Positions 1 to 9,223 of a DNA stretch of 64,000 bases are shown piece after piece. The stretch lies in the IMG/VR virus record IMGVR_UViG_3300045988_168118; one strand, written 5' to 3'. The stretch is from a virus. Under the pieces are notes generated by a model, which worked only from the letters and a program-made list of their open reading frames with translations, had not been told where the DNA came from and ran no database searches. The translations under genes were made by a program, and so were the position numbers. How positions within the stretch are numbered: position 1 is the first letter of the stretch; every line of letters starts with the position of its first letter.

Positions 1-590
1 AAAGTATCTTTTGATAAGACTTTAACATTATTTCCATTAAATAAAGAAATTGGTTCTCTTTTTCTAATTTTCATAGATAGTTGAATAATTTCAGAATCTT
101 CCGCCTGCCGCATAATTTCATCTAAGAATATATGCGGATGGTCTAATAAATGATTATCTTCATCTTTGTTAATTGGTGGGAGCTGAAACGGATCTCCTAA
201 GCAAATAATATGACATTTATGAGATGCGAGTAATTCCATCAATGATTTAGGTGCCATGGAAATTTCATCAACTACTACAACTGAATATGGAATATCTTTT
301 TTTGGTTTTCTAAAGAAACCGCCTTCTGGCTTTGGGAAATGGTCATATAAAAGTTTATGTAAAGTGCAAACGTTATGATTTCCTTTTTTCTTTAAAACCT
401 CTGCGGCTTTCCCAGTAAAAGCAGTATAACACACTTTATTTATATCAATATTTAAAGCTTCAATTATAAATTTTACTAAGCTACTTTTGCCTACTCCCGC
501 GTAACCTCCAATGACAGTGTATTTTTCCTTATTCTTATATCTTTCTATTGCAATATGTAATCCTTCCTCTTGTTTCTTTGTTAAAATCAT
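1..590 (-). CDS. SF1 Dda/RecD-like DNA helicase, N-terminal part (gene continues beyond window start)
   Basis: ATG at 590 on the minus strand. The translation MILTKKQEEGLHIAIERYKNKEKYTVIGGYAGVGKSSL... carries a Walker A GxxGxGKS and a DEIS Walker B (VVVDEISM), matching the AAA_30 RecD/Dda family. An RBS and a TTGATT-N17-TATAAG promoter lie upstream (about 605-650). Confidence 0.75.
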   Translation of the reverse strand, partial: MILTKKQEEGLHIAIERYKNKEKYTVIGGYAGVGKSSLVKFIIEALNIDINKVCYTAFTGKAAEVLKKKGNHNVCTLHKLLYDHFPKPEGGFFRKPKKDIPYSVVVVDEISMAPKSLMELLASHKCHIICLGDPFQLPPINKDEDNHLLDHPHIFLDEIMRQAEDSEIIQLSMKIRKREPISLFNGNNVKVLSKDT

Positions 591-714
591 ATTTTACCTT
601 TCCTTATCTTATCTTATAACATTTTTTTAAAGAAAAATCAAAAAAATAATTTTTGGTCTAAAAAAATCCAAAACCACTTTCAGTTCTCAGAGTCGGGCGT
701 AGACCGCCCGGTAG

Positions 715-2514
715 TTAAAAGTAATATTGACTAGAATCAACAATTTCATAATCTTCAATAAAAATTTGAGGATTTACATATCCTTGCCATTCATTCTTAT
801 TACATTTACCTACCAAATCAATAGCTACATATCCATCCTCTGAAGATAATTTTTCGTATTCCTCTTGAGAAGAATTGAATTTAATTAAAGAAATATTATT
901 TGGTAAAGTTATTTTTAAAGTGGGTTTTTTATCTGGTGACATTAAAGTTATCATGTCTTTTGTAATTATTAAACCTTTAACCGCAACTAAAGGTTCTTCC
1001 ATATCTTTTCCCCAAAGATAATCTAATGAAGCTATATCAAGAATATTTTCTACTTTAACTTGATTTCCTTCGTAAATATAATCTACTAAATAAATTGGTT
1101 CAGACGACATGAATTTAAGAACTTCATCTGTATAATCTAAAAACAAAAGTATAGATTCACCCCAAACTTCTTCATCATAGTCTTTTTGACCTAGATATAG
1201 ACTCAAACCAAAGGCGTTTGGATGTCCTTCCGCGAATTCTACCCCTGGTGCGGATTCACACAATTTTTTAAAATTAGCAACTCCGCCTTTCTCATATCCT
1301 CTCGCAGAACCTTGATAAAAAATCTTATTTTCATCTTCAACTTGAGTTAAAATGCAACAAGGTCTTTGATACTTTGACATAAATTTATTCGCAATTAATC
1401 CAGCTATATTAGAATTGATCTCCCCTGGTTTAAGTAAAAACAATAGCACTTTGTGATCTAATAAATGTTTCTTTTCAATTTTATCTTCTAAGAGTGTCAT
1501 TCCTACATCTTGAGCTTTTGTCTGTCGATTTTTAACATTGATTGCAGTTCTAATTGCTTGAAGCACTAATGGCTCTTCTTCTCCTTCTTTATGTCCCCTT
1601 TTTGTAGAAGGTATTTTTTTTGAAGCTTCAAATTTAAGCATTGATTTAAAAACAATATGTTTTTCTTCTAAAGTACCGCTTCTAGCAATAGCATTAACAA
1701 AAGGTGCAATGTAAAACGCAGCTCCCATAGGAGTGATATTTTTTCCTAATGAATAACTATTTCTATCTGCTATATATACGATAAAAGGGTTCTGGATATT
1801 TTCATTTTTAAATCCCTTTGTAATTAAATGCCTAGTCTCAAAAGAAGTCATACTCATCATATCTGCCATTAGACCTAATGCAACTAAATCTACATAATCT
1901 TCGGCATAATTAGTTTTCATAATTAAATCTATATATCTGCAAAATTGCCATACTATACCAACACCAGATAGCTGTTTATTTGGATAGTCACTTAATTGAT
2001 TATTTATAACAATAGCATTTTCACTTATATGATCAGCTTTATGATGGTCTAGAACTAAAACATCTATCCCTTTCTCGTTTAACATTTTATGTTCTTCAAA
2101 ATTGTTACTTGAAGAATCTGGGCAAATGACTAAAGAATAGTCTTTTTCAAGAATTATATCTTTACAATCCTTTAATCCATGCTGTTTCCCGCTATGAACT
2201 AACCACTCTACTTTTGAAAGAGTATATCGCGGAAAATGGTCATATAAAAAGTTAATTAAAACAGCACTGCTAGTAAAACCATCACAGTCAGAATCTACTA
2301 TGATTAAAGTTTTTGTATTATTATAAATTGCTTTTAAAAGTACAGCAACGCCTTCTTTTAATACCTTTTCTCCTAACTCTAAAGGCGAATAAATGTCATT
2401 ATCAGTAGTATTCAAATAATGTTTAATATCTTCATGTTTGATTCCACGATTTGTTAAAATTTGCTCTATCGCGGAATATTTTAAATTAACAGGTTTAATT
2501 AACTGGTATTTCAT
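715..2514 (-). CDS. DHH-family phosphoesterase / RecJ-like ssDNA exonuclease
   Basis: The 599-aa ORF has the motifs IIVDSDCDGFTSSAV, VLDHHKAD and GVGIV, which are the DHH/DHHA1 signatures of RecJ-like nucleases. Confidence 0.7.
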   Translation of the reverse strand: MKYQLIKPVNLKYSAIEQILTNRGIKHEDIKHYLNTTDNDIYSPLELGEKVLKEGVAVLLKAIYNNTKTLIIVDSDCDGFTSSAVLINFLYDHFPRYTLSKVEWLVHSGKQHGLKDCKDIILEKDYSLVICPDSSSNNFEEHKMLNEKGIDVLVLDHHKADHISENAIVINNQLSDYPNKQLSGVGIVWQFCRYIDLIMKTNYAEDYVDLVALGLMADMMSMTSFETRHLITKGFKNENIQNPFIVYIADRNSYSLGKNITPMGAAFYIAPFVNAIARSGTLEEKHIVFKSMLKFEASKKIPSTKRGHKEGEEEPLVLQAIRTAINVKNRQTKAQDVGMTLLEDKIEKKHLLDHKVLLFLLKPGEINSNIAGLIANKFMSKYQRPCCILTQVEDENKIFYQGSARGYEKGGVANFKKLCESAPGVEFAEGHPNAFGLSLYLGQKDYDEEVWGESILLFLDYTDEVLKFMSSEPIYLVDYIYEGNQVKVENILDIASLDYLWGKDMEEPLVAVKGLIITKDMITLMSPDKKPTLKITLPNNISLIKFNSSQEEYEKLSSEDGYVAIDLVGKCNKNEWQGYVNPQIFIEDYEIVDSSQYYF

Positions 2515-2741
2515 TTAATTTCCTCCAAAGTAATATTTTTTTCACATTGAGGACATTTAATTTCTTCCAAAGTAATATTTTTTTTACATTGAGGACAATT
2601 AATATATTTTTCATAATAAACTGGCATGATGCCCAAACAGTTTGATTTTGTTGTTACATCTTCTTTTTCATAACTAAATAAACATCCACATTCCTTACAT
2701 TCTTGAATTTTTCTTGTTCCTTTTCTTATTATTTTAATCAT
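2511..2741 (-). CDS. small Cys-rich zinc-ribbon protein with an internal tandem duplication
   Basis: The 76-aa ORF has CxxC...CPQC pairs, and the peptide KNITLEEIK is duplicated by a 39-bp tandem repeat in the DNA. Confidence 0.45.
   Translation of the reverse strand: MIKIIRKGTRKIQECKECGCLFSYEKEDVTTKSNCLGIMPVYYEKYINCPQCKKNITLEEIKCPQCEKNITLEEIK
2521..2600. repeat. tandem direct repeat, about 39 bp x2 (ttcctccaaagtaatatttttttcacattgaggaca...)
   Basis: Two near-identical adjacent copies are visible in the sequence, and they lie inside the small Cys-rich ORF. Confidence 0.7.
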
Positions 2742-3002
2742 AATACTCTCCTTATAAATAATAAACTAAAATTTCAACATCTATATTTTTAAAATACATT
2801 AAATAATATTTCTTTTACTTTATTCCATTTTAATTTATCTAATTCACATCTAATTTTCGGCATTGCTATTTTTTTTAATATTATTTTCTCTAATAATAAT
2901 TTCCATCCAAGACAAAGAACTCTCTAATGACTCATAAGATGGCTTACTATAGTATCTTTCTTTAATAAACTATATAAAAGTACCCAAATCTATCGGACAT
3001 CG

Positions 3003-4139
3003 CTATAACATAATTCTATTTTTAAATAATTTTAAAAAAGTTTCCTTTCCTTTGTCGACTGGACTATCTTTATAATCTAATAAGTCTTTTTTATCAAACA
3101 AATAGCTAATTTGAACATATGCACCATATTTTGTATGAATATCATAAAGTTTTTTTGTCCATCTCTCCCATTCTTTATCCCCGATCTCTTTAAATTGTTT
3201 ATCAAAAGCAATAATTATTTCTTCGACTCCTAAAGATAACAATAGCTTGACTTGGTAGGTAATTAAAGAGCTGCCGCAAACTGCGACACTAATATCATTT
3301 TCTTCGCCAAAAAAACTTGCGTATAGAAGAGATGATTTTTCTCCTTCATAAACAATAACTTTTTTAATTATTTTTATATTATTTTTACTATTGTTAAGAT
3401 TATATAAGTTAAAGCCTAGAGGGTGGTTATACATAACTCCATTTAGAATAGCTGGTCGATATTTTCCAAAATTTTCTTCTTCTTTAATTAAAGTTCTTTC
3501 TCTTATTCCAACTAATTGATTATTTATATCATAATGCGGAATTACTATACCTTGGTTTTTAGGATCATAGGCGATGCCCCTATGATCCATTACCTCCTTT
3601 TTTATTCCCTCTTGTTCCCAAGTTATTATTCGCGGACGAGGTAAATACTGTAAAATTTTATTATCAAAAATTCTTAATTCTACTCTTTGCTCTTGTTCAT
3701 CTTTGTTTATTTGCTCATAATTATTAAGAACTTCCCAATCTTTTAATTTCTCTTGAATCTTTTGAAAATCAAATGTTTTTGGTGAATATCCATAATATAT
3801 TGCAACAAATTCAACAGCATCAAAAAGTTCCCATTCTCGATAACAAGTCTTTCCTTCTTTACTATAGTAAACTTTTAAGTCCTTGTTGTTGTTTTTTATT
3901 TTTTTTACAAGTTCATATATATCAAAACTAATCCCACAATCAGTATAACATCTAAAAAGTTTAGTATTGTCATAATAGTATAATTTATAAGAGCCTTCTC
4001 CAGCATGATTATGACATATTGTTTTAGAAATAAAAAAACCATTTTCCATTTTTGGCTCTCCGCCTAATTCCGCCACTAATTCAAATACCTGCTCTATTGA
4101 AAGATTTATTTTTAATTCATCTTTATCATACTTATACAT
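3003..4139 (-). CDS. DNA primase (DnaG-type CHC2 zinc finger plus TOPRIM)
   Basis: The N-terminus has CHNHAGEGSYKLYYYDNTKLFRCYTDCG, a CHC2 zinc-binding motif. VIVYEGEKSSLLYASFFG is a TOPRIM glutamate motif. The gene sits next to helicase genes. Confidence 0.75.
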   Translation of the reverse strand: MYKYDKDELKINLSIEQVFELVAELGGEPKMENGFFISKTICHNHAGEGSYKLYYYDNTKLFRCYTDCGISFDIYELVKKIKNNNKDLKVYYSKEGKTCYREWELFDAVEFVAIYYGYSPKTFDFQKIQEKLKDWEVLNNYEQINKDEQEQRVELRIFDNKILQYLPRPRIITWEQEGIKKEVMDHRGIAYDPKNQGIVIPHYDINNQLVGIRERTLIKEEENFGKYRPAILNGVMYNHPLGFNLYNLNNSKNNIKIIKKVIVYEGEKSSLLYASFFGEENDISVAVCGSSLITYQVKLLLSLGVEEIIIAFDKQFKEIGDKEWERWTKKLYDIHTKYGAYVQISYLFDKKDLLDYKDSPVDKGKETFLKLFKNRIML

Positions 4140-4467
4140 ATTTGTTGTCCTTTAAAAACTTATACAAATTTTTTATACTATTAATTAAACCTTTATTTTG
4201 ATATTTTTTAATATCATGTGACATAGTATCTATTTGAATAAATGCGACATCCGCATTAGTTCCATAGTCACACCAATATGGAATATCTGAATATAGAATT
4301 TTACATTCTTCATCTAATTTTTTAATTAATAAATTACATATTTCTGCATCTCTTTTAAATTTATAATATTCATTCTCATCTACTAATATCATCTGTCCCA
4401 TATTTTTATCCCTGACAATGACCCTGATTCTCTCCAGGATTATTTTTATAATATAAATCTTCATCAA
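4132..4467 (-). CDS. hypothetical protein
   Basis: A 111-aa ORF whose start overlaps the stop of the primase gene; no recognisable motif. Confidence 0.4.
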   Translation of the reverse strand: MMKIYIIKIILERIRVIVRDKNMGQMILVDENEYYKFKRDAEICNLLIKKLDEECKILYSDIPYWCDYGTNADVAFIQIDTMSHDIKKYQNKGLINSIKNLYKFLKDNKYV

Positions 4468-4621
4468 TTACATTATAATCACATTTAAAATTTAATGTAC
4501 CATAAATACCTTTACTTTCAACGGCAGATAAATCTTCTATATATTTTTTTACTTTTTCTTCATATCCACATTTACCTTGATTTTTACAATATTTACATTG
4601 CTCTTTCCAATAAATCCACAT
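4406..4621 (-). CDS. hypothetical Cys-rich small protein
   Basis: A 71-aa ORF with CKYCKNQGKCGY and a terminal HCQG, which look like a zinc-binding arrangement. Confidence 0.35.
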   Translation of the reverse strand: MWIYWKEQCKYCKNQGKCGYEEKVKKYIEDLSAVESKGIYGTLNFKCDYNVIDEDLYYKNNPGENQGHCQG

Positions 4622-4834
4622 ATTATACTCCTTTATCTCTTTCTGTATATAGTATTCTTATTAAAGAAATATGATTATTTTGACACCATTGATTTTTTAC
4701 CATGTCATTTTGGTGTTGTTTTTCTCACTATAATATTTTGTATTGATATCATAAGGCTGTCTACCGTCAAATTCAATTAATAAAATAATTTTATTATCAT
4801 TATCTCTAGTAAGTAAAATCAAATCTTTTATTTT

Positions 4835-5070
4835 TTAATTCCACTGGTTTATACTCTTTAATATATTTTCAATATTTTTTCTCCTATGGAATAATTAATA
4901 CACCCACAAGAAGTTGTATGCCCTGTTCGTAAGGAAGTTCCATCAACTGTTCTAAGATTTCCACATTCACATTGACAATCATAATAAATATTTTTACTTT
5001 TTTAGGACTTCTCTTTAAGACCAGCTAATTTTCCAAATTTTTTACCTGTTAAATCTACAAACTTACCCAT
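4835..5070 (-). pseudogene. frameshifted small zinc-ribbon protein gene (LTGKKFGKL...CQCECGN...SCGC family)
   Basis: The ATG at 5070 gives MGKFVDLTGKKFGKLAGLKEKS and then a stop. Frame +1 continues as ...YYDCQCECGNLRTVDGTSLRTGHTTSCGCINYS. The frameshift sits at an A6 run (cctaaaaaagt). The gene is absent from the ORF track because it is broken. Confidence 0.5.
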
Positions 5071-5145
5071 AATTTATTACTACTCTTCTTTTTAAGATAT
5101 AAAATTTTAAAAGATAAAAATATAAGGATATGTTCTCGATTTGCT

Positions 5146-5653
5146 TTAAAATGCAGATTCTTTATTATTAGATTTAACTTTTATTTTTAAATCTTCTATT
5201 GGAATTAACTCGTAATTATAATTTGTTGCGAACATTGGTTCAATTTTACAAACACTTCTATTCGCCTTACACCACAATAAAATTCCTTTATATCTACCCC
5301 TACGATTTTTATAAATAGATATTTTAATTTGAGGAGTCTCAAATCCGCCTTGAGCTAAAACATTTTCTAAAGCCGTACGATCATCATTATCAACTTCAAG
5401 CATAATCATACCACAATCAATTTTATCAGCAATAGACTTAGCTCCTCTTAAAAGATTTTGGTCATATTGCTGAGCTGTTATATAACTACTATTTAACTGA
5501 GTTGCTGTCATAATAAAAATACCATACTGGTTACACATATCTTTTAAACGGATTGAAATCATAAAAAGGATATTATCCTCTCTCAATCCTCTCACTCCAG
5601 TTTTAGACGAAACTTCACTTAGAATTTTCATGCTTGTATGTATGTAATCGAAG
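5146..5653 (-). CDS. dnaB: replicative DnaB-like helicase, exon 2 (C-terminal part)
   Basis: ISIRLKDMCNQYGIFIMTATQLN corresponds to the DnaB H3/H4 motifs (...SRSLK..AKEL.VPV.ALSQLNR). KISIYKNRRGRYKGIL matches IIAKQRNGPTG. Reading in frame upstream of the annotated Met gives CFDYIHTSM, a DYLQLM-like motif. The exon start at 5653 is inferred by analogy with the GyrB intron. Confidence 0.7.
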
Positions 5654-6668
5654 CACGTAAGTCCTCTCTTTCAAGAGGCGTTGACTATCTCTTACTACGA
5701 CAAAAGTCATAGGAAACCATTTCGAACTACGTACCAATAGTAGTCCTACTCCTCCGATCCGAGGATAGTCGATACAGGTTCTTTAGACATTTTTCCAAGT
5801 TCTTCTTTTAATCAAATCTGCAACAGTTGCTTTTGAGATTCCATATTGTTTTGCTATTTTATCATAGCTTTTCCCTGTTTTTTCTCTTTCTTCCCTAATT
5901 GCTTTTACAATTTCAACAGTAAGTTTGGTTTTTCTTCCCGTACCATCATTTGTTTTAAAAACTTCTGGCATTACAGTAGCATACCTTTTTCCAGTCCAGA
6001 TATTTAAAAAAGATTGCCATTCTATTCTTCCTTCGTATTTTTCTTTAAATATTTTAGTTGGACTTTTTTGTTCTTTATAAGCAATTCGCAAAGAGATAAC
6101 TTCTTCTTTCGTAAGAGCTGCATGAGACCATCTCATTTTTTCTTTAGTCTCTTCCTTATGCGGTCTCGCACAATTCTTTCCACCTTCTAAAACATTATAG
6201 CCATTAGGAACTTTTGAGTTAAATTTTAAAATATAATATTGTTCTAGCTTATTAAGTAAGTCAAAATCATTGTCATAAATTTCAGCTAATACTTCATAAG
6301 TAAAATTTTCATAACCATATTTTCTAAAAGCTCTATGAATTAATGATTTATAATCTTTATCAGAAGGATTGAAAGCAGAACTTCGATGCTGATTTTTTCT
6401 TTGCTCTGGGTTAATTGTTTGTCCTATATATTTTTTATTATTGATTTGATTAGTATAACAGTAAACTATTGCCATTTTTAACTCCTTCCACACAATTTTC
6501 TATTTGTGTATGAAAGTAGTCAAAATAAATTTGATTATTTCTGTCCAAAGTTTCCCACGGGATTCCCATATATTTCTACTTAGGGTTCCCCGTTAGCTAT
6601 CTTAAACGATAACCCCAGTGGTAAGCTGGAAAAGTTTTACACAGTCCTTTAAACCCACAAAAGGGTTG
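5654..6668 (-). mobile_element. group-I-like intron in dnaB carrying a GIY-YIG homing endonuclease
   Basis: A GC-richer, non-coding, structured sequence flanks a free-standing HEG. Both ends are homologous to the GyrB intron (shared tagctaacgggg..cctaagt, cccgtgggaa, gtagtaagagatagtca, tcgatacagg). The inferred 5' exon ends in U and the intron ends in G. Boundaries are approximate. Confidence 0.6.
5783..6493 (-). CDS. GIY-YIG homing endonuclease (intron-encoded)
   Basis: IVYCYTNQINNKKYIGQTINPEQRKNQH is a GIY-YIG motif with the conserved R and H. The C-terminus has an HTH/NUMOD-like KIAKQYGISKATV. Confidence 0.8.
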   Translation of the reverse strand: MWKELKMAIVYCYTNQINNKKYIGQTINPEQRKNQHRSSAFNPSDKDYKSLIHRAFRKYGYENFTYEVLAEIYDNDFDLLNKLEQYYILKFNSKVPNGYNVLEGGKNCARPHKEETKEKMRWSHAALTKEEVISLRIAYKEQKSPTKIFKEKYEGRIEWQSFLNIWTGKRYATVMPEVFKTNDGTGRKTKLTVEIVKAIREEREKTGKSYDKIAKQYGISKATVADLIKRRTWKNV

Positions 6669-7699
6669 AACACATATTTAACATCATATTCTCTAACTCC
6701 ACGTTTAATAGTATTCTCAATATCTTTTAGAGAAAAATCTGGTAATTGTTCTATATATAATGGACATCTCTTTAAAAGATTTGCCGCGTAAATAACACGC
6801 TCCCATTCTCCAGCATAATATTCTCCAGAAATAATATGCTCTTCATCTACATCAGATAAAAAAGCAATTATCATAGTCTGAATTTCATCTTTCTCTTGTT
6901 CTGTTGAAATAAAGATTGTTGGTTCTTTAGTTCCATTTGAAATCCATTTTTCTTCTTTAGAATCATAAATTTCATCGCAGGCAATAGAGCATGCGTCTGC
7001 GATCATCGCTCTTGTTTTTCCTACTCCAGTTGCGGCTGATCGCAAATAAAATTTCTTTAATCTAGCCCCTCTAGTTACAGTATTTATCAAGGGTCCGAAT
7101 AAAGGATATCCTGCTTCAGGGGTCTCTCTTAAGCGTTCGAGCAGTTCTAATGCCCCATTGCCTGCTAGTTCCGCACCATTAGAAGCATCATCTACATACT
7201 TTAATCTTATATCAGTAATTTTTTTGTCAATGATCTCTGCGATATCTTCAATAGATGAGTTGTCTAACCAATCTTCTTGAGCTTGTTTCTTTTTAACATC
7301 CATGATGTTATCTATATCATATAGCCATGATAAGTCCATTCCTATACTTTGATACATTCTTAGCAGAGTCATCTTTTTCATTCTATTATAATAGAAATCA
7401 AAAGCCGCTAATTGTACTGATTTACTTAATTTTTGAAGATATTCTTGTCCCTTATTAGCCTTATAAACTGCATAGCTTTTTGGTCTTTGCTCTAAATAAT
7501 CTTCTATCGCATTGATAGAAATTTCTTTAGCACCTAATTCATGTAAATTATATATAGACCCAAAAAGAATTTTATGAAATTCTTCTGTAAAATCTTCTTC
7601 ATTAAAAAAGTATTTTCCATCTTCATCTAGTAAATTAGGGTTTAAATAAATTCCCCCAATAACTTGAATAATAGATGGGATATCTACATATTTTCCCAC
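6669..7699 (-). CDS. dnaB: replicative DnaB-like helicase, exon 1 (N-terminal domain plus Walker A)
   Basis: GYPLFGPLINTVTRGARLKKFYLRSAATGVGKT is the DnaB Walker A (YPTGF..LD..T.G...G.L.ilaarPgmGKT). The ORF track extends to 6602 only by reading through into the intron. Confidence 0.7.
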
Positions 7700-7700
7700 T

Positions 7701-8216
7701 TCATTCTTCCTCCTTACTGTCTAAATTAAATAGCCTTTTCATCTTTCGAATCGCGGAAGGAGGGGTAATTTCTATATATTTTATTTTAGGTTTGTATTCT
7801 TCAATATTCTTATTTTCATTTGATAATTTCGCTAAATACAAGCTATAATAATATTGTAAAGCATCCTTGTATATAAAAGGGATAATACCAATCCCGCCGT
7901 TCGCTTTTTCTATTGAATTTCCTTTAATTTCATAAAACCAAATCAAAGATTTTAACATTCCACTATAAGTATAATTATACATAGCTTTGTAATCTTTAAT
8001 TTGTTTTTTAATTCTAGCGTTAATATAAGGTTCATCAAACAATTTCATAATATATTGCTCTAATTTTTCTAAGTCTTGTTCTTCCTGACTTTTTTCCTTT
8101 TGATTCTTTTCCGCACATTCTTTATGTGCATATCTTCTTGCAGAAATTTGAGTTGTTTCTATTTTATCTCTATCAAAACGTTTTTTACAATAAATACACG
8201 TTACAAAATGGCTCAT
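7701..8216 (-). CDS. zinc-ribbon protein (C-x2-C...RFDRD...RRYAH-x-EC N-terminal module)
   Basis: The N-terminus CIYCKKRFDRDKIETTQISARRYAHKEC is shared with the N-terminus of the AAA_5 ATPase at 33369..34574. The gene is immediately upstream of dnaB, so a helicase-loader-like role is possible but unproven. Confidence 0.4.
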   Translation of the reverse strand: MSHFVTCIYCKKRFDRDKIETTQISARRYAHKECAEKNQKEKSQEEQDLEKLEQYIMKLFDEPYINARIKKQIKDYKAMYNYTYSGMLKSLIWFYEIKGNSIEKANGGIGIIPFIYKDALQYYYSLYLAKLSNENKNIEEYKPKIKYIEITPPSAIRKMKRLFNLDSKEEE

Positions 8217-8284
8217 TTAAAACTCCTTATTTCTTTCTACAAATATTATAACATATTTTTTAATAAATATCAAAAAAGTGTGGA

Positions 8285-9223
8285 CTAATCCACACTTTTT
8301 ATTAATTCTTTTAAATCAGTGACAATCAAATCTAAAGCCTCAACTTGATCTCTTGAACATTGACTAACTTTCATACCTTTTCCCAAATATCTATCTGTAA
8401 TTTGAACGATTCTAGGCTGCCAATATTCTTTAAATTCCTCATTAGATTTTTGCATGATTAAATCATTTACAATAGTATTGAAACTATTCAATAATTCATC
8501 AAAATCTAATTCTGCTCTTGTGTCTTTATATAAGTTTGATCTTTCGTCTGTAAAATACTCACTTCCATCTTCTTCCATTTGTTTATCAATAGCCATGCCA
8601 ATAGCATCAACTAAGCTTTGATAATTAAAATCAATGTAATCTGGAGTATATTTAAAACGAGAGCCTGCAATATATCTTGGCGTTCCACGCATAAATAACT
8701 TAGTTGAAGTTTTACCTTCTTCATCTTGAACACTACGAGAATAGCCTATAATATCGCACATTCGAGATACAATCGCTCTAGGTTTATTTCCTAAGGTAGG
8801 AACGATCTGATTATACTCTTGACCTTGCTCATCTTTAAAAGTTTTATCTACTGAGTGACTAATTAAAACTAAACCGTAATCCATTTGAATAATAGAACGT
8901 AAACATTCATCATATTCTTTAGCGACTTGAGTATACCCCTTCCCGAATGGGATATCACTAACAGAATCTACTCCGAATCCGCCATCTGGTCTTTTCGCAT
9001 TAGCACAAATATACTTCTCGCATAAATCATATGCGATGTCTGCCGTGTCTATAATAACTGTTTCGAACTGTTCTTTTACTTTTTCATCTTTTAATTGTCT
9101 CAGTACTTTTCTAAATTCCGCCCAGGTGTTAATTGGCTGAGCCATTGCTCCAGGAATCGCATTGTATCCTTTTTCAAAAGCCAGTAACAGGTGGCGGGGA
9201 AACTTGGTTGCGATCGTCGTTTT
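8285..9223 (-). CDS. Sak4-like AAA_24 RecA-fold ATPase, exon 2
   Basis: The exon starts with KTTIATKFPRHLLLAFEKG, which completes the Walker A begun in exon 1. TVIIDTADIAYDL is a Walker B-like motif and LVLISHS is also present, matching the phage AAA_24/Sak4 family. Confidence 0.65.
   Translation of the reverse strand, partial: KTTIATKFPRHLLLAFEKGYNAIPGAMAQPINTWAEFRKVLRQLKDEKVKEQFETVIIDTADIAYDLCEKYICANAKRPDGGFGVDSVSDIPFGKGYTQVAKEYDECLRSIIQMDYGLVLISHSVDKTFKDEQGQEYNQIVPTLGNKPRAIVSRMCDIIGYSRSVQDEEGKTSTKLFMRGTPRYIAGSRFKYTPDYIDFNYQSLVDAIGMAIDKQMEEDGSEYFTDERSNLYKDTRAELDFDELLNSFNTIVNDLIMQKSNEEFKEYWQPRIVQITDRYLGKGMKVSQCSRDQVEALDLIVTDLKELIKSVD

Noticed and set aside
693-712. Terminator hairpin cgggcg-tagac-cgcccg after the RecJ-like gene.
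   Set aside because: The stem is only 6 bp and is not followed directly by a T-run on the transcribed strand. It may be a weak terminator or an RNA processing site, so I did not list it as a feature.
5632-6601. Intein as the explanation for the split DnaB, GyrB and Sak4 genes.
   Set aside because: The intervening segments contain stop codons in the host frame, have free-standing endonuclease ORFs with their own RBS, and are GC-richer structured RNA-like sequence. This points to an RNA intron, not an in-frame intein.
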